In this document: positions 23,642 through 36,948 of the stretch, piece by piece
How positions within the stretch are numbered: the stretch's first letter is position 1
Layout of the letters: the number at the start of each line of letters is the position of its first letter
NCBI GenBank assembly: GCA_964016885.1
Contig: OZ024757.1
Coordinates: forward strand, 26,598,001-26,662,000
Reading direction: 5' to 3'
Origin: Eledone cirrhosa
Taxonomy: Eukaryota
Length of the DNA: 64,000 nucleotides
Position numbers and translations under genes: made by a program
Notes under the pieces: generated by a model
Database searches by the model: none
Told to the model about the DNA's origin: nothing
Seen by the model: only the letters and a program-made list of their open reading frames with translations

Positions 23642-26379
23642 ACATAGAGTTGTGTGTGTGGGAACCACAAAATTATAAAATGTACATTTCTGAAGTATGA
23701 CCATCGACACACTCACAATCTTCTTGTGGAAAATGTTACACAAATCTGTATTCCAAACAGATTACTTCCATTCATTTAGTTTACAAATGTTTTTTTTTCA
23801 ACAAATTAAATATATAGATTTCTTACCTTCATATATACACCAGTACATGAGCCGTAGTGAGGGATAGGATGCTTGGAGTAGAGGGACAGGGCACTTGGAG
23901 TGGAGATGGGCACTGCCAAACATGTCTAAGGATTACTGATTACCAAATGCTAAAGCTGGTGCATTAATGCTCCATTCATGAACGTGACCCTGAGGTACTT
24001 GAACTTCTCCACCTGCTTCAGTGGAACTCAATTCACCTGTAAACTTCAGGCTTCCTTGACAGGATGAGTGTCTCAGTTTTCACAGCACTCAGCATCAAAC
24101 CTATCAAGTGCATGTCAAAAATCAACTGATTCTAAACCTGCCAGTTGGGATATCATTCCAACCTGGATGTGCATGTAAATAATGTTCATGAAAATAATGA
24201 TTTCTACTTTAGGCACAAGGCCAGCAATTACCCAGTGCATTACTGGTACTTTATTTTATCGACCCCGTAAGGATGAAAGGCAAAGTTAACCTCGGCGGGA
24301 TTACAATGTAAATAATGTTCATGAAAATAATGATTTCTACTTTAGGCATAAGGCCAGCAATTTTGGGGGGAAGGGAAAGTTGATTAAATCGATCCCAGTG
24401 CATTACTGGTACTTTATTTTATGGATCCTGTAAGGATGAAGGTAAGGCAAAGCTAATCTTGGTGGGATTTGAAAACTCAGAAGGTAAACAGCTGTAAATA
24501 TGCTGCACAGCATGGTGTCCGAAGCTCTACAGATTCTGCCAATCCACCATATGAAAATAATGAACAGGAGAGGTGACAGTATGCACCCTTGGCGGAGTCT
24601 GACTCCCACATTGAATGGTTTCAATTTAGCACCATTTATCTTTCCAGACCAGAGAACCAGGCCAACCGGCACACACGAGTCAGCCAGAGAATACCTTCTC
24701 TATTTAACGCTTTTAACAACTCAAGCTCAATTTAATCCTCCTCAGTGGCCTTGCCACATTTGAGCACTTTAATTGCTCGTGTGACCTCACTCTCCGAGAG
24801 ATTAGTGATCGGTCCCAGATGCATCTTCTGTACATCAAAAGATGCCGCTGTGATCAGGTTCAGGAGATCAGCAAAGTATTCTCACCACCACCATCTCCTT
24901 TAGTTTGAAATATTGTTCAGATTAAAGTATGGTAGGATGAAACTGGTTTCAAACTATCACTTAGACAGCTTCAAAGTAATTACATATGTATGTGTGTAAC
25001 ACATACACACATATATGTTTAGTCTTATCAACAACAGACAAGATAAACCAACATATGCATTTATAAACAATGGGATTCCATCATGCTTTTATAGAAGTAT
25101 CTAAGAGTACACTGTTGAATGTGCCCGTCACTGTTTTAAAAATATGGTGAAAAGGACACATTTGGCTGCTATTTTTAGTAGGTTGGGGTAAAAATCTAAG
25201 ACCACTTTTGAGGGCATTTCTGCGCCTGGTTTATTTTAGTTTTATTTAAATATGTGCTTGGTAAGTATTCCAAGACTGGAGATATTGATAACGCAAATAA
25301 TTTTAGGAAAGATGAACCTGGAGTTCCATGGAGCCAAACTTCTGGACAGGAAAGACTGGGGGGTGTGTCTTATTGGAGACTAGCTGAATTACCCAGCATT
25401 GCCCAGGTTACTGCTGTTCTTATTCAGATTAGTAAACAATAAATATGTAGATATGTTTTTTTTTAAAAACATATCTAAACTCTAAGTTGATTTGGTTGAT
25501 AGGAAACAGAGAGAGAGAGACAATGAATTTTATATATATAGATGAGATGAAAGCAATGAGCTTTGATGAACCGATACCACTGTGGCAGGTATACAAAGTC
25601 TGTGAGTCAGAGACCGGAGAATATCTCGTGACTGGCTTAAAACTAATAAGCCAAGGTTCCATGAACAAAAGAAGCGAAAATACAACCATACTTGACAACT
25701 AAATCTTGAGTTCTTCAACATAACAGTACACCGGTGTCATAATTATTCTGACATTGGTGTAGTTATTTCATATTACCCTTCTGTTATCTGCGAAGACAAC
25801 ATTACAAATTGTTCACAATTCTTTCAGAATTAAAACATGAGCACAAATAGCAAGATAATATGATAGTTGTTAGGTTGTAAGTAGTGTAAAGATACACACA
25901 CATGTACACCATGTCCAAACACAGAGGCGCCAAACTCCGACCGTCATTGCCTCCTAGAAAGCTCCCCTCTGAGGCACAAGGCCAGGCAAGGAATTTTTGT
26001 AGGAGACTAAACAGTTACCCATGTATACCAAGACAAAGGTAACAGCTTGACACCAGTGATGTCACAACTCATTTCTACAGCAGAGTAAACTGGAGCAATG
26101 TGAAATAAAGTGTGTTACTCAAGGACACAATACATCACAGCCTGGGAATTGAACTCACGACTACAAATCCAATGCTGAAACCAATAACCCTTCACAATTT
26201 ACAGAACATAAATCCACAGGTATATGCAAGATTGTGAATGGGTAGATAAGAAAAGGGTTAAATAGGACAGCAAATAAAATAAATTAAAAATAACACAAGT
26301 ATTATTTATTTATTTATATACATATATATATCACACTATATAGATACTTACAAAACATACACACGTGTGTATGTTTGGA

Positions 26380-26800
26380 TGCCTTCTTTCTTCTTCACCC
26401 ACTTATTCCTGAGAGGGTTGTTGGGATAGAGTCCTCAAACACTCCTTCCAGCAGGTCCTCAACATCATTTAATGTCCATTTCCCATGCTAGCATGGGTAG
26501 GACTGTCCTGTCAGAAGCAATCGTCTCCAACTGATCTGGCTGGATCCCCAAACGAGACCAGCTGAGCTCATGGATGTTAGCCAACCATTTTGCTTGTGGT
26601 CTACTCCTGGATCTCCTGCCGGTTTGTTTCATCCGTAAAATCTGTCCAGTGATTCTTTCCCGAGACATTCTAACCACATTCCATTAGTACTTGGACCTCT
26701 CAATAACGACTCTCTGAGCTACACACTCTGTCAAGTAAAGTTGATCCAAAGACCCTTCAGAGGAACCCCATTTTGTCCACTTGTATTCTTTTGGTATTTA
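26380..26800 (-). mobile_element. RTE-like LINE 3' end
   Basis: VVRMSRERITGQIL...GRRSRSRPQAKW...WSRLGIQ with (GAA)n tail; same family as 34680-35020 and 56500-58443. Confidence 0.8.
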
Positions 26801-27599
26801 CAAATAGCGAGTTTAGCTTTTACACCTGCCCCACTTCTGATTACCAAATGCTGAAGGTGGCATATTACTGCACCAGCTCCTGCAATTCTTGCACTTAATT
26901 CGGCCTTCTATGAGTCGTGAACACGGCTCCAACATACTTGAACTTCTTTATCTGCTTCAGTGGAACTCCTTTCACATAGTGATAGGGCTGGGAGATGTGG
27001 GATTGACACAGAAAGATTACATGTGTGTTGCATGGCTAAGATATAAAATGAATTTTAAAAAAGGTGGGCAAAGACACCAGACAATCCTCATTACTCAATC
27101 TCTTGAGGATAAGATGTTTAGAAACATGATGGCATATATAGGAGACACAGCCTGTAGCATAGGAGAGAGAATAAAAGAACTTAAGGAGGAGCACACGGGG
27201 GACCCGTTAGATAACATAGAAGTTAAGATCCTATACATACATAGAAATGACACAACACTCAGAGAACTAGAAAGTACACAAAACTTTAATAGAATACAAC
27301 CTGAAGACAGAATAAGATACATGACGAGGAAGACAGGGATACAAAGAAGGCAATATACAAACCCCCGCAGACACAAATGCAAACAAGATGGATTAAGACC
27401 GAATAGAAGAGGAGACACAGAGATTCATTGAGGAAGTCATAAAATGCACAATGAAAGAACTTTGACAAAATAATAATAAAAGGAAACTCAAACAGTTTGT
27501 GTGTTTTTATTGTCAAAACTACCATCCCAAATATAACAAGGGACCAGAGGGTTGTGAGGAGTATAGACCATTGTAGTAGAGGTAAAATAGAGAGAGGGA

Positions 27600-28250
27600 G
27601 GTGTTTCTTACAGATTCTTTTTCCTGCGGCTGTGGTGTTGGTATTATTGCAAGTTTCCTTCTTCTCTCACCTGCTGTTTGAGGGAGAAAGTCTTTACATG
27701 AGTGTTGCCATTGTAAATATGATGCCAGGACCTTCTTCTCTCACCTGCTGTTTGAGGGAGAAAGTCTTTACAATGGGTGTTGCCACTGTAAATATGGCAC
27801 CGGGGCCTTCTTCTCTTTACGGCTACAAACATCTGTGTACCATTTGGCAAGTTGATAATGTCAGGAATTCTTTGAAGCTTTTCCAGATCTATTTGGAGCA
27901 AACATTCCATCTCAAACCTCGCCTGGCTTTCGGAATATGATTTATGAATTTGGAGAACAATTTCATTATTTTCTTTGTATCCAGGCTATCTGCTACTAGC
28001 CAGAAGATCTTTATCTCAGGTGCCACATTTCTTAGAGCCAACTTCTTCACATATTTTCCCATATAAGTCAGAATTAGCAGAAAAAATCTTTCCTCTTCAG
28101 TCGACTGGAAGAATGAAACCTCACCATGTTTTATGATAAGAGTCATATTTCTATCATCCAGAATTCCCTTCCATGAGAGACAAAGGTCAGGTTTAAATTG
28201 TCCACAACATATATCACAAAAGTGCTCCGTCACCCCACTCAGGAGTTAGT
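27600..28250 (-). mobile_element. Decayed retroelement gag/ORF1-like remnant
   Basis: Broken frames IPDIINLPNGTQMFVAVKRRRPRCHIYSGNTHCK suggest a degenerate zinc knuckle, with an internal duplication. Family not identified. Confidence 0.45.
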
Positions 28251-28687
28251 TATAGATTCCATTCAATCCAGGGCCTTTTCACTCCTACTGGAGGAACCCC
28301 TACCTTATTGATCTCCACTGTTTTGGTTTTGGTCATGTCAGGGGTATAGCTTGGCCAATAGCAGGTTGGTGAGGCTACTTAACCCATAGCTAGGTAGACT
28401 CATTTTACAGCTGAGTGAACTGGAGCAACGCAAAATAAAATGTTTTGCTCAAGAACACAACGCAAAGCTCGATCGGAGAATCAAACCCACAACCTCAGGA
28501 TTGAAAGCTCGAGGCTCTAACCACTAAGCCATGCACCTTCACTAGTTATAGATGTATGGAAGTGAGATTTATAGGAATCTATGAACAATTATTGGTAACA
28601 AAAGTAAAAAAATATATTGGATAATTAAAAAAGTTTTTGCAACATTCAATTATTTGCTATTTTATCACTGGATGACTGTGATAACAT

Positions 28688-28787
28688 TTAATTTGTCATT
28701 TTACGCATCGCGATCCATTTCCTTATCATTTCTGTTTCTTTAGCTCGCACTTCAATTACACTTGTTGAATCCTTATTATTGAAACCC
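28688..28787 (-). CDS. DPP7: DPP7 last coding exon
   Basis: ttgcag|G GGT..., 100 nt, phase 2 start. (R)GFNNKDSTSVIEVRAKETEMIRKWIAMRKMTN*, fitting the S28 C-terminal D..SV...R..E...I..W pattern. Confidence 0.9.
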
Positions 28788-29324
28788 CTGCAAAGACAAT
28801 ACATCAAATATTTCATTTCCCTTTGTCTCCTATTTCATTTAAAACTCCCTTTCTTTACCATATTTCTAATGATATACACTACCAATGGTTTCCAAATAAT
28901 TTTGTATTTACAGGGAAAGCAGAAAGTTTTCTCCTGGTTATAAAATACCATATCTCCGATACTATTTGAGATCTTATTTTTTCATTGTTTTAATTTATAA
29001 ACTTAAAGTTTTACTGAACATGTTTTACATTTTCTAAAACTGTTTTTCAATCTTGTTTATATTTTGCTTAATAACTGTTTCTACTTTTGGTACAAGGTCA
29101 ACAATTATCCCAGGTACTTTATTTTATCGACCCCGTAAGGATGAAAGGCAAAGTTAACCTCGGCGGGATTTGAACTAGGGCCGTAACTCTATACTGAAAG
29201 CATGGCGTCCAACCCTATACCGATACTGACAATACACTGCCCTGTTTTGCTTATTAAAGGTTTATAATCAGGGAATGACTTTATAGTCACTCTGTATGTA
29301 TGTGTGTGTATATATATATATATA

Positions 29325-29718
29325 CGAGGGTAATCCCAAAAGTAAAGTCTCCAAAGCGATGGGGATGCAGAGAAACTGTTCGTACGGCTGTTGGCAACAC
29401 TGTTGTGATTGGTGCTTCCTTCACTCCCAAATAAGCATGTGCGTGCTTCACTGGGATGCTAAATCTTGGCTTGGCAGCCGTTGAGAATGGAGCTCCCGTT
29501 GAACGCTACCGCCAAGTGCGAATTTCGCGCAGTTATTATATACGAGGGCAATCCCAAAAGTAAGGTCTCTTTCCAAGGAAAACATACGTAAAGATCGGCG
29601 GATCACTCGGGATGCTCTCTGCATTTTGGTTCCTGAGGTTTCCCAAAGCACCATCCACAGGATTTTAACAGAAAAGTTGCAATATCGGAAGGAGACCTTA
29701 CTTTTAGGATTGCCCTCG
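29325..29718 (+). mobile_element. Second 394-bp copy of the mariner-derived element, inverted
   Basis: Near reverse complement of 8393-8786, same length, same three-TIR layout, TA flanks. Confidence 0.85.
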
Positions 29719-30295
29719 TATATTAACATATTTTTGGGAGGTCATGCTGCCAATAAAAATATGTGTGTTTTATATATCCCTCTTTCTCTCTCTCTATATA
29801 TATACATACTGCAGCATCAAGTGGTTTTGGCTTGTGACAGGATTAGTGGTCTAAGCACCACAGATTCTCTCTCTCTCTATATATATATATAACATAAATC
29901 TAGCCAGAAACAGTTCTATATGAGCAAGACACAGTCACCTGATCCAACATGCCTCTAATGGGACAACCAGTCTAACCCATGCTAGCGTGGGAAATGGAAG
30001 TTAAACAATGATGATGATATGTGCATATAAGGGAAATAGTAATTATTAAAATCAACATAATTGTCTTTACATCTACTCTTCCATGCTGGCACAGGGTGGT
30101 TTGTGACAAACTTTTCCAGCTGAATGCCACTCTTGACACCAACCCTTTTACTTGCCTCATACGACATGCAGGGATATGGTGTACCTATTCTAAAACCGGA
30201 GATATGGTGTACCTATTCTAAAAACTGTGATTTACAGAGCATTGTAATGAAATATAACAAGGGGAACCCACCTTCACCCAAACTCAAAACCTTAC

Positions 30296-30366
30296 CTGAG
30301 GTCATAATGATGTGCTCCACCTTTAACCATGTAGGCCACAACAGAAGACGACACACTTTGTAGAAC
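30296..30366 (-). CDS. DPP7: DPP7 exon with catalytic His
   Basis: atacag|GTT...CTC AG|gtaagg, 71 nt. VLQSVSSSVVAYMVKGGAHHYDL(R) (GAHHxDLR). Confidence 0.94.
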
Positions 30367-30664
30367 CTGTATCAACAGACAAAATTTAGGTACAATTACA
30401 AAACGGCAAACCAAACCCACCTACAAAAGCAAAAGAAATCAGTGTATTCTGCAGTGTGGAAAAGAAGAGGAATCAATATTTTGAGCAAGGAGCTCTTGGT
30501 CAATATTATCCCCATCGTTTTTATGGTCACTTTTCCATGCTGGAATGGGTTAGATGGGATGTATTATAACAAGATGCCAACCATTATGACAAGCAGGGAT
30601 ACAGTGTATTTATTCTGAAATACTTATGGCTAAATGTATCTAATGTAAGGTGGCGAATTAAAAA

Positions 30665-31487
30665 GTAATGAAATTATTGTGGACAGTGCTCAGGTGCACT
30701 ACAACTCATCAAAGGTGCATGTATAGTACATAGAATAATGTACAAATGTCAGGAAAATGAACAGTGTACAAGTCATGAAATACATGTGTGCGTGTGTATG
30801 GAGGGGAGAGGGGACATTAGGTGTAGTGTTGGCGAATCTCAGGAAGCATGGAGGTTTTAAAGGATGCAGTGTCTCGACAGCTAACAACTGATGCAGGTAG
30901 TTTGTTCCATGGAGGTTTTAAAGGATGCAGTGTCTCGACAGCTAACAACTGATGCAGGTCGTTTGTTCCATGGAGGTTTTAAAGGATGCAGTGTCTCGAC
31001 AGCTAACAACTGATGCAGGTCGTTTGTTCCATGGAGGTTTTAAAGGATGCAGTGTCTCGACAGCTAACAACTGATGCAGGTAGTTTGTACCATGCTTCAG
31101 CAACTCTGAGCGTGAAAAATTGTTTCTGAAAGTGATGGGAGCTGTGCTGTTTTCTGACTTTGAAGGCATGCCCACATGTGTTAGACACATGGAAATCAAA
31201 AAGGTGCTCAGGGTTGTTGTTGGCAAGATGGTTAATAACTTTGTGGGTGTTTACCAAGTCAGTAGCAAGACGTCGGAGCTTCAATGTATCCATGCCCAGG
31301 GAAGCAAGGCGTTCAGAGTATGGTAGATGCCTGATGGAGGGTATGCGCTTGGTTGCACGTTTCTGAACAGTTTCCAGGCGGTCGATGTTCTGAGCAAGAT
31401 AGTGGTTCCAGACTGGTGATGCAAATTCTAAGTGTGGCCGCAACATAGCCATGTACAGCTTTAAATAGATAGCTGGAGAGTGGCTGG
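30665..31487 (-). mobile_element. CR1-clade LINE 3' fragment with a 61-bp x4 internal tandem
   Basis: LRPHLEFASPVWN...LETVQKRATKRIP..RHLPYSERL..L....L..RRL..DL; repeat starts at 30847, 30908, 30969 and 31030. Confidence 0.9.
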
Positions 31488-32014
31488 GCAGAGTCGTTGG
31501 ATAGAATGCTGAAAGATATCAGCTGTGTTCAGACTTGGAGAGGAGATCAACATCACCAGGTTTAACATGCTAAAGGCATGACATATATCACAACGCCCGC
31601 TACCCCTACAACTTCATCGAGAGTTATGAGTTCCTCCTACAGTCTTACCAAGTGCAGTTTATCATAGCACCAACACTACGGATGTTGTTATGTCTGGAAC
31701 ACAGCTGAACAACACTTTTTGGGGGGGAAGGTTTTCTATGGCTGGATGCCCTTCCTATCACCAACCACTTTACAAAGTGGACTGGGTATATATATATATA
31801 TATATATGTGTGTGTAATTTCATTCTGATATGTCCTTGTTTGGTTTCAAGCAATGAACTGCGGCTATGCTGGGGCAATGCTTACATGAGTTCTTGGTTGC
31901 TTTGATTGATGCCCTTCCTATCACCAACCACTTTACAAAGTCTACTGGGTATATTTATTGTGTAGGTTAACACTAAGGAGATTATTATGCTTGTGACACA
32001 ACTGAAAAATACTT

Positions 32015-32912
32015 CCATATGTATGTGTGTATGTATGTATATATGTATGTGTGTATGTATGTATATATGTATGTGTGTATGTATGTATATATGTATGTGT
32101 GTATGTATGTGTGTATGTGTGTATGTATATATGTATGTGTGTATGTATATATGTATGTGTGTATGTCTATGCGTACGTATGTGTGTATGTCTATACATAC
32201 GTATGTGTGTATGTCTATACGTACGTATGTGTGTATGTCTATGCGTATGTATGTGTGTATGTCTATACGTACGTATGTGTGTGTGTCTATACGTACGTAT
32301 GTGTGTATGTCTATAAGTACGTATGTGTGTATGTCTATGCGTACGTATGTGTGTATGTCTATGCGTACGTATGTGTGTATGTCTATGCGTACGTATGTGT
32401 GTATGTCTATACATACGTATGTGTGTATGTCTATACGTACGTATGTGTGTATGTCTATACGTACGTATGTGTGTATGTCTATGCGTATGTGTGTATGTCT
32501 ATACGTACATATGTGTGTGTGTCTATCCGTACGTATGTGTGTATGTCTATAAGTACGTATGTGTGTATGTCTATAAGTACGTATGTGTGTATGTCTATAC
32601 GTACGTATGTGTGTATGTCTATAAGTACGTATGTGTGTATGTATGTGTGTATGTCTATACGTACGTATGTGTGTATGTCTATACGTACGTATGTATGTCT
32701 ATCCGTACGTATGTGTGTATGTCTATCCGTACGTATGTGTGTATGTCTATCCGTATGTATGTGTGTATGTATATATGTATGTGTGTATGTCTATAAGTAC
32801 GTATGTGTGTATGTATGTCTATATCTATGTGTGTATGTCTATACGTACGTATGTGTGTATGTATGTCTATATCTATGTGTGTATGTCTATCCGTATGTAT
32901 GTGTGTATGTAT
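32015..32912. repeat. (TATG)n-derived ~28-bp minisatellite
   Basis: GTATGTCTATACGTACGTATGTGT-type units; accounts for the VY/CM-rich spurious ORFs. Confidence 0.93.
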
Positions 32913-32965
32913 GGAGATTCTCCGTTGAAGAGTAATCCTAGAACAGATAAGGGACATGTACTTAC

Positions 32966-33030
32966 CCCACCGCGATGCCAAGGATCCACATCACCATTGG
33001 AAAATACAATATTACTCGTTGTCTTCAAGT
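32966..33030 (-). CDS. DPP7: DPP7 exon with catalytic Asp
   Basis: ttcag|AC...GGG|gtaagt, 65 nt. DLKTTSNIVFSNGDVDPWHRGG (SNIxFSNGxxDPW). Confidence 0.95.
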
Positions 33031-33452
33031 CTGAAGTAATAATAATAATAACAATTATAATAATTTCACGTATTAGCCACAAGGGTCTAGGACATTGGGG
33101 ACAATACAAGGACAAAGACAAGATAACATAAAGTGGGGTTTACACCAAGTAAAGGAAAAGGCGACATCACTGAAGAGAAAAACCCTTTCAAATTTCTAAC
33201 ACTCCAAACAGTTTGATTATTCATATCCGGTTATAACCTAGGTCCAAGCTGTAGAGTACAACATCCTAAAATAGATGGGAAGCTGTGTCAGTTGCTCCTA
33301 GTATGATGGGAATAGGCTTATATGTTATTCAAAAGATAAGGGTTCAATTTCCTGTAGACGTATCTGTCCACTTGTTTTTCCGTCTCTAGGGGTTATTTTC
33401 TGATTCTTTTTCAATTATTATCTAAACTGATCTATTGCTGTTATTACAATTA

Positions 33453-33637
33453 GGACGGTGGATTGGCAGAATCGGTAGAGCGTCGAACACCATGCTTCAT
33501 AGCATAGAGTTACATTCTGAGTTCAAATCCTGCTGAGTTTAACTTTGACTTTCATCCTTACAGGGTCGATAAAATAAAGCACCAGTAATGCACTGGGGTC
33601 GATTTAATTGATTTTTCCTTGTGCCTAAAGAAACAAT
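33453..33637 (+). mobile_element. tRNA-derived SINE (representative of the dominant family)
   Basis: A box TGGCAGAATCGG, B box GAGTTCAAATCC, body CTTTCATCCTTAC.GGGTCGATAAAATAAAG. Many copies, e.g. about 24200, 29080, 34440, 35200-35580, 36200-36610, 38300-38670, 42850, 43880-44480, 50775-51395, 53313. Confidence 0.88.
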
Positions 33638-34010
33638 CATTACAATTACTTTTTGCATTTGGGACTCTCACATTTTCAAATTTCAAATATGGCCAGCACT
33701 ATGCATGCCCTCATGTGCTGCGAGCCGGTGCTTATCCCAGTTTCATGGCGTGAAACAACAGAGTAAACACTTCCCCCCTGGACAGGATGCCAGTCCATCG
33801 CAGGGTTTAAACCCCCAGCTATTACTGGTACTCATTTTCAGCTGAGTATACTGGAGCAACGTGCAAGGAACCGAACTCACAACATTATGATTGTAAGTCC
33901 AACACCCCTGGAGGTATTAGAGATGGTGGAGATCCTGGTCTGGGGTTCAATCCTAGTAAGGAGATACATGTAGAGTGCCAGCACTATAGTAATTCGTAAA
34001 AACAACTTAC

Positions 34011-34158
34011 CTTGGCCCCAGTATTCCCAGTCATACTTAGGCACTGTGTTCCATCTCTTTATACAATAGTTTTTCCTGATTGTTTCATTGAATGGCAGAA
34101 CTGGAAACATGTCAGTGACATTGTTTGAGCCAGTTGGAAGCATCAGATCTGTACAGGC
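34011..34158 (-). CDS. DPP7: DPP7 exon
   Basis: ttgtag|GCC...CAA G|gtaagt, 148 nt. ACTDLMLPTGSNNVTDMFPVLPFNETIRKNYCIKRWNTVPKYDWEYWGQ (SNNVTDMFP motif). Confidence 0.95.
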
Positions 34159-34265
34159 CTACAAAATAAGATTTTAAAAGAAATAGAATTGTTGCTTAGT
34201 CCCAGCTCACGGATAAACTAGGAAAATGAAATAAGAATTGTTGGGGTGAAGGACATGACACTCAC

Positions 34266-34387
34266 CTGATAATCCCAGGCAATGGCATTAGGACCAACAC
34301 CACACCCAGTGGGATCTGCACAAGGCATGAACTCCTTCTCAACATCAAAACACTGATATGCTGCTGAAGTGGAGTTGTAATACAAAT
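34266..34387 (-). CDS. DPP7: DPP7 exon
   Basis: tttcag|AT...CAG|gtgagt, 122 nt. DLYYNSTSAAYQCFDVEKEFMPCADPTGCGVGPNAIAWDYQ; CADPTGCG is characteristic of DPP7 rather than PRCP. Confidence 0.95.
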
Positions 34388-35098
34388 CTGAAACAGAAGA
34401 CACAAGTAAAAACAAAAATGAAGGCTTTAATATAATAATTGTTTCTACTTTTGGCACAAGGCCAGCAATTACCCAGTGCATTACTGGTACTCTATTTTAT
34501 TGACTCCGTAAGGATTAAAGGCAAAGTTAACCTCAGTAGGATTTGAACTCAGAATGGCAAGGGCCGTAACTCTATGCTGCAAAGCATGGCATCAGACCCT
34601 CTACCGATACTGCCACATTTTCAGCACTCAGTCATCAGGAGAAGGGAGGTAGTTGTAAAATCTAAAATGGCTATCTTTAATTCAGTATTTAGAGTAATGT
34701 TCCTTGATAGGGTGCATAGCTCAGAGATCAGGGAGTCATTCTAGATACAGCCACTACTTCTCCACAACGAGAGATTACATCTTTAGTATTATAGACTTGT
34801 GGTTAGAATGTCTAAAGAAAGAATCACAGGACAGATTTTACAGGCAAAGCCAACTGGCATGAGACACAGGGGTAGACCCCAAGCAAGATGGTTGGATAAC
34901 ATCCATGATTTCGACTTGTCTTGCTCATCAATTCAGATAATTTTGAGATAGTTGCTTCCAATACGACCACCTGGAAGGCATGGCTGATGACTCTGCCCTC
35001 CAAAACCCTAAGAAGAAGAAATCAACAAATCCTTTCCCCCTCCATAACACAACTCAACCCAACCCCATGTCTTATAAAACCCCTAACAAAAAAATTAC

Positions 35099-35159
35099 CT
35101 GTGATATAAACCAATCCTTTCAAGACATCACTAGCTTGTTCCATCAATTCGCAGGATTT
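35099..35159 (-). CDS. DPP7: DPP7 short exon
   Basis: tttcag|AAA...ACA G|gtaatt, 61 nt, phase 0/1. KSCELMEQASDVLKGLVYIT; needed to keep the frame between its neighbours. Confidence 0.85.
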
Positions 35160-36038
35160 CTGAAATGTCAAAATTATATTTCTTTTATGAATATAATGAT
35201 AATAATTGTTTCTACTTTAGGCCAGCAGTTATCCAGTACATTACTGGTACTTTATTTTATCGACCCCCGTAAGGATGAAAGGCAAAGTTAACCTCAGCGG
35301 GATTTAAACTCAGACTGTAAAGGGACGTAACTATGCTAGAAAGCATGGCGTCCAACCCTCTACCAATACTGCCAAGTGCTCAGGCGCACCTCATCAAAGG
35401 TGCATGTATAGTATATAGAATAATTGTTTCTACTTTTGGCACAAGGCCATCAATTACCCAGTGCATTACTGGTACTTTATTTTATCGACCCCGTAAGGAT
35501 GAAAGGCAAAGTTAACCTCGGTGGGATTTGAACTCAGACCGCAAAGGGACGTAACTATGCTGGAAAGCATGGCGTCCGATATAGAATAATGTAGAAATGT
35601 CAGGGAAGTGAACAGTGTATGAGTCATAATATACATGTGTGTGTGTGTGTGTATGGAGGGGGAATATCAGGTGTAGTGTTGGCAAATTTCAGGAAGCATG
35701 AAAGTTTTCAAAGATGCTGTGTCCCGACAGCTAACAACTGATGCAGGTAGTTTGTTCCATGCTTCAGCAACTCTGAGCAGGAAAAAATGTTTCCGAAAGT
35801 CATGGGAGCTGTCCGGTTTTCTAATTTTGTAAGCATGTCCATGGGTGTTAGACATATGGAATTCAAAAAGGTGCTCAGGGTTGTTGTTGAAAAGATAGTT
35901 AATAATTTGGTGGGTATCTACCAAGTCAGTTGCCGGATGTCAGAGCTTTAAGGTATCCATGCCCAGGGAAGCAAGGCGTTCAGAGTATGGTAGATGCCTG
36001 ATGTGTGTGTATGTTCCTGAGAATTGTGTGCTTGTGAC

Positions 36039-36091
<53 letters not shown>

Positions 36092-36787
36092 AGAACTATG
36101 TGTATGTGAGTGTGTGCTTGTGACAACTGTATGTGTTGTGTATATGTAAAAGAGATGGAAAAAAAATAGTAGGAAAAAACTTTATACAAAATAACATAAA
36201 TAATGGTTTCTTATATAGGCACAAGGCCAGAAATTTTGGGGGAGGGGAAAGTCGATTAATTCGACTCCAGTGCATTACTGGTACTTTATTTTATCGACCT
36301 CGTAAGGATGAAAGACAAAGTTTACCTCGGCGGGATTTGAACTCAGATCATAAAGGGCCATAACACTATGCTGCAAAGCATGGTGTCTGACCCTCTACCA
36401 AAACTGCCATTCTAATAATTGCTTCTACTTTTGGCACAAGGCCAGCAATTACCCAGTGCATTACTGGTACTTCATTTATCGACCCTGTAAGGATGAAAGG
36501 CAAAATTAACCTCGGCGGGATTTGAACTCAGAATGGAAAGGGACGTAACTCTATGCGTCAAAGCATGGCGCCCGACCCTCTACCAATACTGCCAATCCAC
36601 CGCCCTACTGCCATTTTAATAATGGGGCATAAACCTATCTTTCCCCATTTAGTGGGTTTATACGCCCCATTAGTAGACTATGTTATTTCGCCAATATTAC
36701 AGCCAAGCTTCTATTTCAAGTTCAACATAAATAATACTTTTTAAAAGAAAGATAAATAATTAGAGAAAAATAATAAAAGCCTCTTAC

Positions 36788-36948
36788 AGTGACTGGGTTT
36801 CCAACAGGAAGGAAGCCGGTAGGATAGGGGTAGTCAAACATTGCCATATTGGTGAATGCATTTCTTACAGCTTCCAGAAGCCGGGTGTACATCCCAGGTC
36901 TTGTTAGGGGTTTACATACTTTGAAATATTCTCCCAATGTCTTTAACC
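36788..36948 (-). CDS. DPP7: DPP7 exon
   Basis: tttcag|GG...ACT|gtaaga, 161 nt. GLKTLGEYFKVCKPLTRPGMYTRLLEAVRNAFTNMAMFDYPYPTGFLPVGNPVT, with the S28 AMxDYPYP motif. Confidence 0.93.

Noticed and set aside
23827-23930. Possible minus-strand exons ending AAG|gtaag here and AAG|gtacg near 18859
   Set aside because: No recognisable protein, no convincing acceptor and no partner exons.
25250-25800. Unique sequence with short ORFs and splice-like signals (also 55960-56030)
   Set aside because: No frame gives a recognisable domain or a consistent exon chain.
31881-32935. Long VY/CM/HT ORFs (also 3164-3817, 44850-45288 and the YI-rich ORFs)
   Set aside because: Stop-free by-products of micro- and minisatellites.
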